Source: Candidatus Lustribacter sp. (lineage in GTDB: Bacteria > Vulcanimicrobiota > Vulcanimicrobiia > Vulcanimicrobiales > Vulcanimicrobiaceae). From it: a stretch of DNA of 64,000 nucleotides. Both the position numbers and the translations under genes were made by a program. The stretch spans positions 3,968,001-4,032,000 of the forward strand of contig OZ255842.1 of assembly GCA_965277805.1 (NCBI GenBank), given 5' to 3'. Below are positions 46,671 through 55,916 of this stretch, one piece after another. Numbering within the stretch: position 1 is the first letter of the stretch; each line of letters opens with the position of its first letter. The notes beneath the pieces were generated by a model that had not been told where the DNA came from, searched no databases, and worked only from the letters and a program-made list of their open reading frames with translations.

Positions 46671-47263
46671 GTTCCGAACCCTTTGAGGTTATTGAGTACG
46701 TGACCGACGAGGAAGCTGTACCACACGAAGCACGCGAGAATCGCGGTGACCGCGGTTCGCCACCGCGTTTGTTCTGCGAGCGGAACCTTCTTCCACAAGA
46801 GCCAGTACACCGGCAGCAGTGCGAGCCCGATCACGACGAAGTGTTCTTTGAGTTCGAATACGCCGCCGAAGAGTTTCAAGCCGTGACCGTAAAAAAACGG
46901 CAGCACGGTGAGGCGGTACGGTCCGTAGAGAAGTGCACCAACGACCGCGGTGAGCACAAACAGCGCGATCACCGCGTTGGTGTAGAGGTTGACGCGCACC
47001 GCGCGATACGCATGCAGTAGCGACGGCGTGGCCGGGGCGCCGCCCGTCGCCGGAACGAGCCGGCCGGCGGGCCAGAGCAGCGCGACGGCCTGATGTGTGA
47101 GCGCGCCGAGCAACGTGATCGCAAGCAATAAGTGCACGATCGTAACGACGCTGTACGTGAGGTGATAGCTGATCCCGAGGTTGGGCACGAACGTCGGCGA
47201 TTGCGTCGTCGCCGGTGCAAGTGTGGCCTGCGCAATCAGTTGCGGGAGCGGTAGCTCAAGCAA
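46667..47263 (-). CDS. Uncharacterised 4-TM membrane protein with intramembrane His residues
   Basis: IVHLL..LLGALTHQ, FELKEHF, FLVGHVLNN; start re-called at TTG 47263 after GAGGAGG (uncertain). Confidence 0.7.
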   Translation of the reverse strand: MLELPLPQLIAQATLAPATTQSPTFVPNLGISYHLTYSVVTIVHLLLAITLLGALTHQAVALLWPAGRLVPATGGAPATPSLLHAYRAVRVNLYTNAVIALFVLTAVVGALLYGPYRLTVLPFFYGHGLKLFGGVFELKEHFVVIGLALLPVYWLLWKKVPLAEQTRWRTAVTAILACFVWYSFLVGHVLNNLKGFGT

Positions 47264-47367
47264 CAGCGTGATCCTCCTCGTGGATGTAGGGGAACGGCAA
47301 TCGATGTTCGGAATACTCGGCTCGTACGCGGAAAACATTTTCCTGACCGTGCTGACGGGAGGTCCGA

Positions 47368-49551
47368 ATGCGGACTCGTAGAGCGTTTCATTCACTGATT
47401 ATCGCTGCAGCCGTGGCGTTGCTCGTCACCGCTCCATCGACGCTCACCGCGATGGCACCGGCCGTCAAGGTCGGCACCGCAGACATCGGCGGCGTCGTCA
47501 CCAGCGCGCACGGTCCCGAGGCCGGCGTGTGGGTGATCGCGCGGACCGACGATCTGCCGACGCGCTACACGAAGATCGTCGTGACCGACGATCAGGGCCG
47601 TTACCTCATACCGGACTTACCGGCCGGCGCTACCTACACGGTGTGGTCGCGCGGTTACGGCCTCGTCGACGGACCGCAAGTGCACACCGTACCGGGCAAG
47701 CTCATCAACCTGCGCGCGACGCTGGCGCCGAACGCAAAGGCCGCCGCGCAGTACTATCCGGCCGAGTACTGGTTCTCGCTGCTCAAGATTCCGGATGCGA
47801 GCGATTTCCCAGGAACCGGACCAAAAGGCAACGGCATCGGCACCGAGATCAAAAATCAGCAGATGTGGATCGACCAGGTCAAGACCGACGGCTGCGAGAC
47901 CTGTCATCAACTCGGCAACAAGTACACGCGCACGCTGCCGACGGCGTTCGGCACGTTCCCGAACCACGCCGCCGTGTGGCAACGCCGTGTCGAATCCGGC
48001 CAAGCCGGTCCGCTGATGACCTCGACCGCGGCCCGCATCGGACCGCGCCTGTTCGAAAATTTTGCCGACTGGACCGATCGCATCGCTGCCGGCGAGATTC
48101 CCAGCACGCAGCCGGCGCGACCGGCGGGCATCGAGCGCAATATCGTCATCACCGAATGGGACTGGTCGTCGCCGACCACCTACATGCACGACGAGATCTC
48201 GACGGATAAACGGAATCCGCGCCTCAACGCGTACGGCAAGATCTACGGATCGTCGGAAGAGAGCAGCGATTTCATGCCGGTGCTCGACCCGATCCGCAAT
48301 TCGACGAGTTGGGTCAAAGTGCCGGTGCTCGATCCGGCCACGCCGTCGTTCGACTTCCTGGGCGCCGAAAAACCGCTCATGCCGTCGGCGTTCTGGGGCA
48401 ATCAGCGCATCTGGCTCAGCCAGACAATCGTGCACAATCCGATGCTCGACGAAAACGGTCGTGTCTGGATGACCGCGCGCATTCGGCCTGAAGACGATCC
48501 CGCGTACTGCAAAGCCGGCTCGTCGATGGAGTCCGCGCAAGTCTTCCCGCTCACGACGTCGGGAAGGCAGTCGGCCGTGTACGATCCGAAAACCAAACAG
48601 TTCAAGCTCGCGAACTTGTGCTTCGGCACCCACCATCTGTACTTGACCGACGACGGCAAGGACACGATGTGGTATACGGGCAGCCGCGACGTCGCAGGCT
48701 GGCTCGACACCAAAGCGTTTCTCCGCACGGGCGATGCGTCAACGTCGCAAGGCTGGACGCCGTTCATCGTCGACACGACCGGTACGGGGAAACGCACTGC
48801 CGCGTGGACCGAACCCGGCGCACCGCTCGATCCGGCCAAAGATGCGCGCATCCACGGCAACTTCTACGGCGCAGGCATCAGCGCGGTCGACGGATCGGTG
48901 TGGGGTTCGGTCGTGAGTTATCCGGGCGTGGTCCTACGGGTTATGCCGGGCGCCGATCCGCCGCACACCGCATTGACCGAAGCCTACGAACTGCCCGCAA
49001 CCGATCCGCGCGCGCCGGTGCACGGCTTCTCCCCGCGCGGCATGGACATCGACTCGAACGGCGTCGTGTGGGCGCCGCTCGCGAGCGGACATCTCGCCAG
49101 CTTCGACCGGCGCAAATGCAAGGGACCGCTCAACGGCGCGGGCGCGGAGAAGGGACAGCAGTGCCCGGAAGGCTGGACGCTGTATCCGCTGCCGGGACCG
49201 CAGTTCAAGGGCCTCAAGGAATCGGGGAGCGCGGAAGCGCCGTACTTCACCTGGGTCGACCGGTTCAACACCGTCGGCCTCGGCAAAGACGTGCCGTACG
49301 CTACCGCTAATCTCGGCGAAGGTGCCTACGCGCTGGTGAACGGCAAGTTCGTCACCTTCCGCGTGCCGTATCCGCTCGGCTTCTTTGCGAAGAACGTCGA
49401 CGGCCGCATCGACGATCCGAAGGCCGGCTGGAAAGGCCGCGGCATGTGGACCACGTTCGGCTCGCGCACCCCGTTCCACATGGAAACAGGCAAAGGCACG
49501 AAGCCGATCGTGCTGCACATGCAGATTAGGCCAAACCCGCTGGCCGACTAG
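47368..49551 (+). CDS. Secreted protein: carboxypeptidase-regulatory-like domain, c-type heme, putative beta-propeller
   Basis: Sec signal; GPEAGVWVIA..VVTDDQGRYLIPDLP; CETCH heme motif; MHD, VHNP, THH His motifs; SPRGMDIDSNGVVW blade. Confidence 0.8.
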   Translation: MRTRRAFHSLIIAAAVALLVTAPSTLTAMAPAVKVGTADIGGVVTSAHGPEAGVWVIARTDDLPTRYTKIVVTDDQGRYLIPDLPAGATYTVWSRGYGLVDGPQVHTVPGKLINLRATLAPNAKAAAQYYPAEYWFSLLKIPDASDFPGTGPKGNGIGTEIKNQQMWIDQVKTDGCETCHQLGNKYTRTLPTAFGTFPNHAAVWQRRVESGQAGPLMTSTAARIGPRLFENFADWTDRIAAGEIPSTQPARPAGIERNIVITEWDWSSPTTYMHDEISTDKRNPRLNAYGKIYGSSEESSDFMPVLDPIRNSTSWVKVPVLDPATPSFDFLGAEKPLMPSAFWGNQRIWLSQTIVHNPMLDENGRVWMTARIRPEDDPAYCKAGSSMESAQVFPLTTSGRQSAVYDPKTKQFKLANLCFGTHHLYLTDDGKDTMWYTGSRDVAGWLDTKAFLRTGDASTSQGWTPFIVDTTGTGKRTAAWTEPGAPLDPAKDARIHGNFYGAGISAVDGSVWGSVVSYPGVVLRVMPGADPPHTALTEAYELPATDPRAPVHGFSPRGMDIDSNGVVWAPLASGHLASFDRRKCKGPLNGAGAEKGQQCPEGWTLYPLPGPQFKGLKESGSAEAPYFTWVDRFNTVGLGKDVPYATANLGEGAYALVNGKFVTFRVPYPLGFFAKNVDGRIDDPKAGWKGRGMWTTFGSRTPFHMETGKGTKPIVLHMQIRPNPLAD

Positions 49552-49552
49552 C

Positions 49553-50194
49553 CTACCACGTCGTCCGGGCGGCGGCTTCTTCGGGGGTATCCTTCGATGT
49601 GTTCGACGTATACGCCAGAGGATTCACGTGTCCGCAGTCGGGGCAGGTGCGTAGCGCGCGATCTCCATTGTAGGTGCGGACGCCCTCGATTTCCTTACGC
49701 CAGAACTCTCGAAGCCCAAGCTCGCCGGTGCGCACCGGCGTCTCGTAGAGCAGGGTGAAGCACTGTTGGCAGTACCACGCGTAGCTTTCGCCTTCACTAC
49801 CGACGGGCGTGCGCATCACGACGATGCTGTAGCCTGTCTCGCCCGGCGGCCCGGCGAATTTTATGGAGAGCTCTTCCATATCGGTGATGTGCCAATAGCC
49901 GAAATTGTACGGTACCCGATGCGGCGTCCCCGAGGCAATAATGTGGAAGTTGCCGGGCAAGAACCTGTGCTCGTGGATACCCTTCGGCCCGAGCTCGTGC
50001 AGGAGCGACACGTTGCCCTTTTTTGCGTCCGTCACTCCGAGCGATGAAACGTCGCGGCGGCGAATCCCATACACGTTCGAACCGACGGCCCGAAAACCGG
50101 AAAACTTCTTCAAAAGCGCGGCTTCGAGAAAGTCGGGCTCGTCGATGACTTTCTGCAACGGTTCTTTGATGGTCAACTCGATCGGTGTGTTCAT
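49553..50194 (-). CDS. 3-hydroxyanthranilate-dioxygenase-like cupin with rubredoxin-type CxxC/CxxC
   Basis: GTPHRV, YWHITDMEE, AWYCQQC...RTCPDCGHVNP. Confidence 0.7.
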   Translation of the reverse strand: MNTPIELTIKEPLQKVIDEPDFLEAALLKKFSGFRAVGSNVYGIRRRDVSSLGVTDAKKGNVSLLHELGPKGIHEHRFLPGNFHIIASGTPHRVPYNFGYWHITDMEELSIKFAGPPGETGYSIVVMRTPVGSEGESYAWYCQQCFTLLYETPVRTGELGLREFWRKEIEGVRTYNGDRALRTCPDCGHVNPLAYTSNTSKDTPEEAAARTTW

Positions 50195-50523
50195 GGCGTA
50201 CGCTCCGGGATGGTGATAAAGACCGAGCCGTCGGTCACGCGGGTTTCGAACGTCGGCACCGACAGCTCGGGATTCGTGACGCTCCTACCGTCCCGCAGGC
50301 CGAATCGGAATCGGTGCCAGGGGCAAATCAATTCGGCGCGCGCCTCGCTCACCGTGCCTTCGCACAACGGAGCGCCCTTATGCGGGCACGCATTCTGCAG
50401 CGCGAACACCTCGCCGGCAATACGCACGAGGACGACCTTTCGGCCGCGGACCGTCACGAGCTTGGGCATGCCTCGTTCGAGCTCGTCGAGCCGGCAGACC
50501 GCGTCTTCGCGATCGCTTACCAT
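50191..50523 (-). CDS. Rieske [2Fe-2S] ferredoxin
   Basis: Start re-called at ATG 50523. CPHKGAPL...CPWH. Confidence 0.9.
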   Translation of the reverse strand: MVSDREDAVCRLDELERGMPKLVTVRGRKVVLVRIAGEVFALQNACPHKGAPLCEGTVSEARAELICPWHRFRFGLRDGRSVTNPELSVPTFETRVTDGSVFITIPERTP

Positions 50524-51059
50524 GGTGCCGTATCTCGCATTTGGAAGTCGTAAGCGGGTGGGTGCTCTTGACCGCAGCCGTTGCACGTTCGCAGCGCCGG
50601 GCTCGCGTTGAATTCCGCCACTTTGGCAGCCGCATGATCCCAGAATGCCGCCAGGCCGAAGCGTCGCACGTCAAACGACGATTCCGCCAGCGGCTTCAGA
50701 CACGCCGAGCAGAACCAAGCGATGATATCGTTTCGATATGCGCGGTGTCCCGTGTTGATCAGAATGCTGTATGCCGTGCGCTCCGGCTCCGAGACCTTGA
50801 AGAGGTCGGTGTCACCGCCGGAAATACGCCAGAATCCGAACAGCGGGGCAATGCGGTGCGGCGTTCCGGCCGGAATGTTATTCAGCGCGTGACTCTCGCT
50901 CGGTAACTCGACAGTACCGCCGGATTGCAGCGTAAGCACGCGCAGCGGTACCAGGTGCGCCGGCCGGTGCATCGTCCAGAGCGCGTAGTCACCGACCTGC
51001 TGCCAGGCGGCGTTCTCGCCGCCCATTGCCACATTGAAGCTTAGCGTCGGTACGGTCAT
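50517..51059 (-). CDS. Second 3-HAO-like cupin-rubredoxin paralog with degenerate metal motif
   Basis: Start re-called at ATG 51059. PAGTPHRI, FGFWRIS, AWFCSAC...RTCNGCGQEHP. Confidence 0.68.
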   Translation of the reverse strand: MTVPTLSFNVAMGGENAAWQQVGDYALWTMHRPAHLVPLRVLTLQSGGTVELPSESHALNNIPAGTPHRIAPLFGFWRISGGDTDLFKVSEPERTAYSILINTGHRAYRNDIIAWFCSACLKPLAESSFDVRRFGLAAFWDHAAAKVAEFNASPALRTCNGCGQEHPPAYDFQMRDTAPW

Positions 51060-51064
51060 CTGCA

Positions 51065-52273
51065 CTACTTCCGCGCGGGCAGCGGCGCGCCGCCCGGCTT
51101 CGACGCCGGCGGGAACGTGTCGCGATCCGCATCCCACCGCACGATGGGCACCTGCATATCGGTGAGGCCGTGCTGATCGCCGATGCGGAAGTCGTAGGTT
51201 CCGTTGACGCCGTCGATGTTGTGGGCGGTCGAGAGATAGCTGCGGAGCTGCTCGGACGTGACGTTCGGCCCGAGCTTGCGCAGCGCATTGACAAGGATCC
51301 AAGCGGGATCCCAGGCCAAGCCGCTGTTCGGGCTGACAATCTCACCCGCGCTCTTGTACGTTGCGAGAAACTCGTCGACCGTGTTGCGCAACATGCCGGG
51401 GCGCAACTCGTCCCGTTCTTGATAGATGGAGCCGTTGAAGTACAGCGCCGGGGGCCGAAACGATTTATATTCGTCGAGCTGCGCGGGATTGAGGTTGGCC
51501 GCGGAAGTTACGACCGGCAGCTGCACACCGGCGTCACTGAGGTTTCGCAAAACCGTTCCGAACGCGGTGCCACCGACAAAGGCGAAGATGACGTTCGGCC
51601 CGGCATCCTTGATGCGCGCAACCTGCGCCGCTACGCTCAAATCGCCCGGATTGAAGTGTTGCCAGCTGACGACTTTTACGTCGCGATTTTCCGGCTGCGC
51701 GAGTGAGAACTCCACGGCTTGATCGGACGATTGTCCGCTCGCATCCGTCGCGGCGATGACGGCAATACGCCGATAGCCCTTGAGACGCGCGAATCGAATC
51801 ACAGCCCCAACGATCGAGTGCAGGGAAGCCGACGAGGCGAACGCGTACGTGCCGGCCTTCGGGAAAAATCCCGGCGAGATGCAAAAGTCGACCGGCCCGT
51901 CTTTGACCATCGCTGCGATTGCGGCGCACGAGGCAGTTTGATTTCCGCCGAAAAACGCGACCGGCTTGTGCGCGATAACGTCGGCGGCGAGTTGTACGGC
52001 GTTCTTCGGATTCGTTTGGTCGTCGTGAATCTCGATATGCAACGGACGCCCATAGATGCCGCCGTGCTGGTTGACGTCTTTCTCGAGCAGTCGCAGGGCC
52101 GATGCGTAAATGCTGCCGGCGAATCCGTTCGCGCCGGTGAGATCGAGGATAGCATCGATCGTGTAGGGCGCTTTCTCTTGCGCCCGCGACGGGGCGATGC
52201 CCGCGCCGGCCACGAGCGTGAAGGCAAGAAGCGCCGTGAGGCCCAGTCGAGCGAAGCGCGTGGGGATGTTCAC
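51065..52273 (-). CDS. ABC substrate-binding protein, branched-chain (LivJ) family
   Basis: Sec signal; LDLTG, VNQHGGIYGRPL..DDQTNP, AQVARIK. Confidence 0.9.
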   Translation of the reverse strand: MNIPTRFARLGLTALLAFTLVAGAGIAPSRAQEKAPYTIDAILDLTGANGFAGSIYASALRLLEKDVNQHGGIYGRPLHIEIHDDQTNPKNAVQLAADVIAHKPVAFFGGNQTASCAAIAAMVKDGPVDFCISPGFFPKAGTYAFASSASLHSIVGAVIRFARLKGYRRIAVIAATDASGQSSDQAVEFSLAQPENRDVKVVSWQHFNPGDLSVAAQVARIKDAGPNVIFAFVGGTAFGTVLRNLSDAGVQLPVVTSAANLNPAQLDEYKSFRPPALYFNGSIYQERDELRPGMLRNTVDEFLATYKSAGEIVSPNSGLAWDPAWILVNALRKLGPNVTSEQLRSYLSTAHNIDGVNGTYDFRIGDQHGLTDMQVPIVRWDADRDTFPPASKPGGAPLPARK

Positions 52274-52309
52274 GGCACAGTCATTTAGCTTCCTTCCCCA
52301 GGAAGCCTT

Positions 52310-52897
52310 CTATTCTTCCACCGCGAGCTCGGGCTGCGCCGAGCCTTCCTCCATCGCCTCGAAGGCTAGTAGTAACGACCGCAGGCTAGCGGCCAGGGCA
52401 CGGCGCGCCTGCGGATCGACGCTTCGGAACACCTCGAATTCAGGCTCGGCCGGCGCCCTCAACTCGTTATCGACCAAGCGGCGGCCCTTCGGGGTCAGCT
52501 CGATGACCACTCGCCGGGCGTCCTCCATGCTCGTCGACCGGCGTGCGACGTAGCCAAGCATTTCCAACTGATCGATACGCTTAGCAATGCCGCCCGACGT
52601 TATCGCGATCTCGGCCAGCAGATCGGTGGGCGTCAGCGGGCCGCTGCTGCGCCGCAGCGCAAAGAGCAGCGACACGTCGCGCCGGGTGATCCCGTTGCGA
52701 ATCGCTACACGTGTGAGGGCGCGGTCGATATAGCGCGAAATCCGTTGGATGCGTGCCGAAACGGCAAACGTCGGATCGTCGACGTCCGGCGTTGCCGCCT
52801 TCCATTGCGCGGCGCGCAGGTCGATCGAGTCGTGCTGATCCGATGCGACCGGAGCCGGACGGATGTGACGGTTGCGCTTAACGATTGGACTCTCCAT
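52310..52897 (-). CDS. MarR-family regulator (PecS/TamR/UrtR-like N-terminal helix)
   Basis: DSIDLRAAQW..TPDVD, LTPTDL..ITSGGIAKRIDQLE..G, DARRVVIELT..G; start uncertain. Confidence 0.9.
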   Translation of the reverse strand: MESPIVKRNRHIRPAPVASDQHDSIDLRAAQWKAATPDVDDPTFAVSARIQRISRYIDRALTRVAIRNGITRRDVSLLFALRRSSGPLTPTDLLAEIAITSGGIAKRIDQLEMLGYVARRSTSMEDARRVVIELTPKGRRLVDNELRAPAEPEFEVFRSVDPQARRALAASLRSLLLAFEAMEEGSAQPELAVEE

Positions 52898-52970
52898 TCG
52901 GATACAACGTGGCCTGGCCGTCAATTCGAGTCAGCGATTGGTGATCATGCCGATCCCATCGGCCAGGTAG

Positions 52971-52992
52971 TTTCCTTCCGACGGAAGAAATA
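52971..52992. promoter_or_regulatory. Palindromic operator, putative MarR site
   Basis: TTTC-CTTCCG-A-CGGAAG-AAA between the divergent marR and M24 genes. Confidence 0.6.
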
Positions 52993-52998
52993 TTATTC

Positions 52999-54306
52999 AT
53001 GACGGTTCTCGCACAGCATGTCTATCGGCGTTTTTCCATTGCCGAGCGCGATCGCCGCTGGAGCGGCCTACGACAACGTATGGAACGCGATGGCCTCGCG
53101 GCGATCGTCGCACCCCAAAACCCCGGCAACTCGACCGACTGGCAAGCCGACGCGCGGTATATATCGCAGTGCGGCGGCGGAGCCGACGCTTCGATCGCCG
53201 CGGTACTCCCTCTCGACGGCGAGGTCACCGTCGTCGCGACGTCGGCGCTGGAGCGCTGGGGGCCGGCGGTGCAAAACTGGGTCACCGACGTGCGTGAGGC
53301 CCAACGCCGTTACGGCAAAGTCATTGCCGAACGGCTTTTGGAACTCGGCCTCTCCAACCAAAAGATCGGTATAACCGGCGCGAGCACGCGTTCGCCCGAG
53401 GGTACGATCATGCACGGCACCTATGCGGCCATTACGTCGATGCTTCCGCACGCGACGTTCGTCGACGCGTCGGAACTGCTCCAAGAAATGCGCGAACAAA
53501 AGAGTGCTGAGGAGCTGGCCGTCCTTCAAAGTTCCGTCGACCTCGTAGAGCGAGCGTACGACGCGATGGCACGCGCTGCGCAGCCCGGCGTTCCGGACTA
53601 TTACGTGTGGGCCGAATCGATGCACGCGATGTTCTCACGCGGATCGGAACTGTCGGTGCATTACAACTGGCTCGCAGACACTCACCCGGGCCGCACGCTT
53701 ACCCGTCCGACAGGCCGGCCGCTCGTTGCCGGGGACGTCATCGTAGCCGAGATGGAAGCGTCGGTTTGCGGCTACCGCTCCCAGCAAATCCGGCCTGTCG
53801 CCGTGCACGACGCCGACCCGTTTTTCCGCGAGCTCGCCAAACTGCATGGCGAGCTCTACCCGCAGCTCCTCGATGTGATTCGCCCCGGCATTACCGTGTC
53901 CGAGCTGATCGAAAAGACAATCGCAGTCGGGAAGAAAGCAACGAGGCGCGCCGGTGCGCTGGCGGACCTCCAAACCTCGCTGATCGTCCACGGCCGCGGC
54001 CTGGGCGATGACCGGCCCTTGCTGCTCACCGATCTCGACGCCAAGCCGATGTATGAGGGAACCGAACGCGCCATGAGTTTCCGTTTTCCGGATAACGGCG
54101 TCTACATCGTCAAGCCGACGATCGCCTCACGTGATAAGAAATATCAATTCATCTGGGGCGACACGGTCAGGCTCACTCCATCGGGTGCCCGCCGCATGGG
54201 CCGCTCGGACCACGGGCTGATCGTCTCGGAGCCGGCGCCGGTTGCATGGCCGCAAGACGTCAACATTTACCGGGACTTGGCCGTTAACGAAAGATCAGAG
54301 ACTTGA
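52999..54306 (+). CDS. M24 (creatinase/Xaa-Pro peptidase) fold hydrolase
   Basis: FSIAERDRRW, REQKSAEEL, HGRGLG; the canonical metal-binding Asp/Glu residues appear substituted. Confidence 0.82.
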   Translation: MTVLAQHVYRRFSIAERDRRWSGLRQRMERDGLAAIVAPQNPGNSTDWQADARYISQCGGGADASIAAVLPLDGEVTVVATSALERWGPAVQNWVTDVREAQRRYGKVIAERLLELGLSNQKIGITGASTRSPEGTIMHGTYAAITSMLPHATFVDASELLQEMREQKSAEELAVLQSSVDLVERAYDAMARAAQPGVPDYYVWAESMHAMFSRGSELSVHYNWLADTHPGRTLTRPTGRPLVAGDVIVAEMEASVCGYRSQQIRPVAVHDADPFFRELAKLHGELYPQLLDVIRPGITVSELIEKTIAVGKKATRRAGALADLQTSLIVHGRGLGDDRPLLLTDLDAKPMYEGTERAMSFRFPDNGVYIVKPTIASRDKKYQFIWGDTVRLTPSGARRMGRSDHGLIVSEPAPVAWPQDVNIYRDLAVNERSET

Positions 54307-55864
54307 TGACGAGCGGGATGACGCCTGGAGGGGTGACCATCTCGCCGACATCGACGAAATCGAAATCGCGCAGATCGACGCTATCGATCGAGAGCACCTC
54401 GCACGTGAGGTTCAACTCATCGCGTAGCAGATGACCCATCGTCTTGCCGACGTCGCCGTCGATCAGCACGACGAGCGGGGTCGTGCGCGCGTTCGGCTGC
54501 GAGACGGTTTGCGCGATGCCCTTGGCCACCGCGAGCAGCTCGCGATATTCCGGCGCGCGCGTCCAGCTGAACGCGACCGCCACGATCGCATCGTCATCGC
54601 GTTCGAGCCGCCCGATGCTGCGCCGCAACGCCTCCTCGAGCCCGTCGCTCGTGAACGTTTCCGGAATCTCCAACCGCACGACCGGAACGTTGCGCAACGG
54701 TAGCGCGGCGTGGTCCGACACGTAGATCGTCTTGCCGCTGACTTGCACCGTGAATTGCGATGCGCCGAGCACGGTCGCGCGAATGCCCGAACCCGGATCG
54801 ACGACCGGTACTTTCAAGCGTTCGCGAAAGCGTTCGCGCAGCTGTTCGGCCAATTGCGGCGCGAGATCGCCGAACTCTTTGACTTGCCGCTTGAACACGT
54901 ATTCGGCCACGCCGCCGGAAACGGTGATCGCTTCGGGCTCGACGGTACGCCGTAACTCGGGCGTGAGGATCAGCGAGCGCGCAAACGCATCCAGCGGTGC
55001 GCCCGTGATGTAATCGATCAAGACATCGGCCAACCGGCTGGCCATCCGCGCGCGCGTTTCCGCGTTGGCAAATGATTCCGGCGTGGCCGGAACGCCGAGT
55101 TCTTTGGCCAGCAACACCGCCGTGTCGTCGATGCGGGTATACTTGCCGTCCGCGTCGAGTGCGATCAAACGCCCGCCGACGGCAAACGCGCACAGATCGA
55201 GGATCTCGCCGCCATGGATCAGCGCAAGCTTCGTCGTGCCGCCGCCGATATCGACATGCAGCACGGTCGTGTCAGGATCTTTTGAATACGCGACGGCGCC
55301 CGAACCGTGCGCGCACAGCACCGCTTCGAGCTGGTGACCGGCCGTCGCGCACACGAACTTGCCCGCGTGGGCTGCGAAGAGTTCGTCGATCGCCTCGGCG
55401 TTGCTCTTCTTGATCGCTTCACCGGTGAGGATTACCGCGCCGCTGTCGATCGCCTCCGGCGTGGTTCCCGCATCGTGATAACACGTTTCGATAAAGCGGC
55501 CGAGCTTGTCGGCGTCGATTGCGCCCGCGGCGGTGAACGGCGTCAGCATGATCGGCGAGCGCCACACGATATCGCGCCGCACGACGACGTAGCGGCTCGA
55601 GAGATCCTGCGCCTCACGTTCGAGGATGATTTTCGCAAACAGCAAGTGCGAGGTCGAACTGCCGATGTCGATGCCGACGGTTTTCAGTTCGAGATGTTCT
55701 TGCGACTCGATGTAGGCCTCGATCGCCTTCGCCGCTTCCGCGTCGAAGTGAGCGTGGTCGAAGATGTCCTCGTGCAATTGCAGCCACTCCCTTGCCCAGG
55801 CAGCCTGCATCCCCGCAAGACCAGGATCCACCGGCGGACGGCCGTGCGGTTGAAAGAACGCCAT
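54284..55864 (-). CDS. eutA: EutA-like reactivase (ASKHA ATPase)
   Basis: TVGIDIGSSTSHL, SGAVILTGEA, GKFVCATAGHQLEA, DIGGGTTK, SGGVAEY, IRATVLGAS, PLVIKSLIF. Confidence 0.85.
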   Translation of the reverse strand: MAFFQPHGRPPVDPGLAGMQAAWAREWLQLHEDIFDHAHFDAEAAKAIEAYIESQEHLELKTVGIDIGSSTSHLLFAKIILEREAQDLSSRYVVVRRDIVWRSPIMLTPFTAAGAIDADKLGRFIETCYHDAGTTPEAIDSGAVILTGEAIKKSNAEAIDELFAAHAGKFVCATAGHQLEAVLCAHGSGAVAYSKDPDTTVLHVDIGGGTTKLALIHGGEILDLCAFAVGGRLIALDADGKYTRIDDTAVLLAKELGVPATPESFANAETRARMASRLADVLIDYITGAPLDAFARSLILTPELRRTVEPEAITVSGGVAEYVFKRQVKEFGDLAPQLAEQLRERFRERLKVPVVDPGSGIRATVLGASQFTVQVSGKTIYVSDHAALPLRNVPVVRLEIPETFTSDGLEEALRRSIGRLERDDDAIVAVAFSWTRAPEYRELLAVAKGIAQTVSQPNARTTPLVVLIDGDVGKTMGHLLRDELNLTCEVLSIDSVDLRDFDFVDVGEMVTPPGVIPLVIKSLIFR

Positions 55865-55916
55865 GGTGCTCCAAATAGGGGAAGGGATGCGCTTAGTTCT
55901 CTAACTAGAGTACGAA

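Noticed and set aside
54284-55864. Ethanolamine utilisation locus
   Set aside because: Only eutA is present; no lyase, shell or B12 genes.
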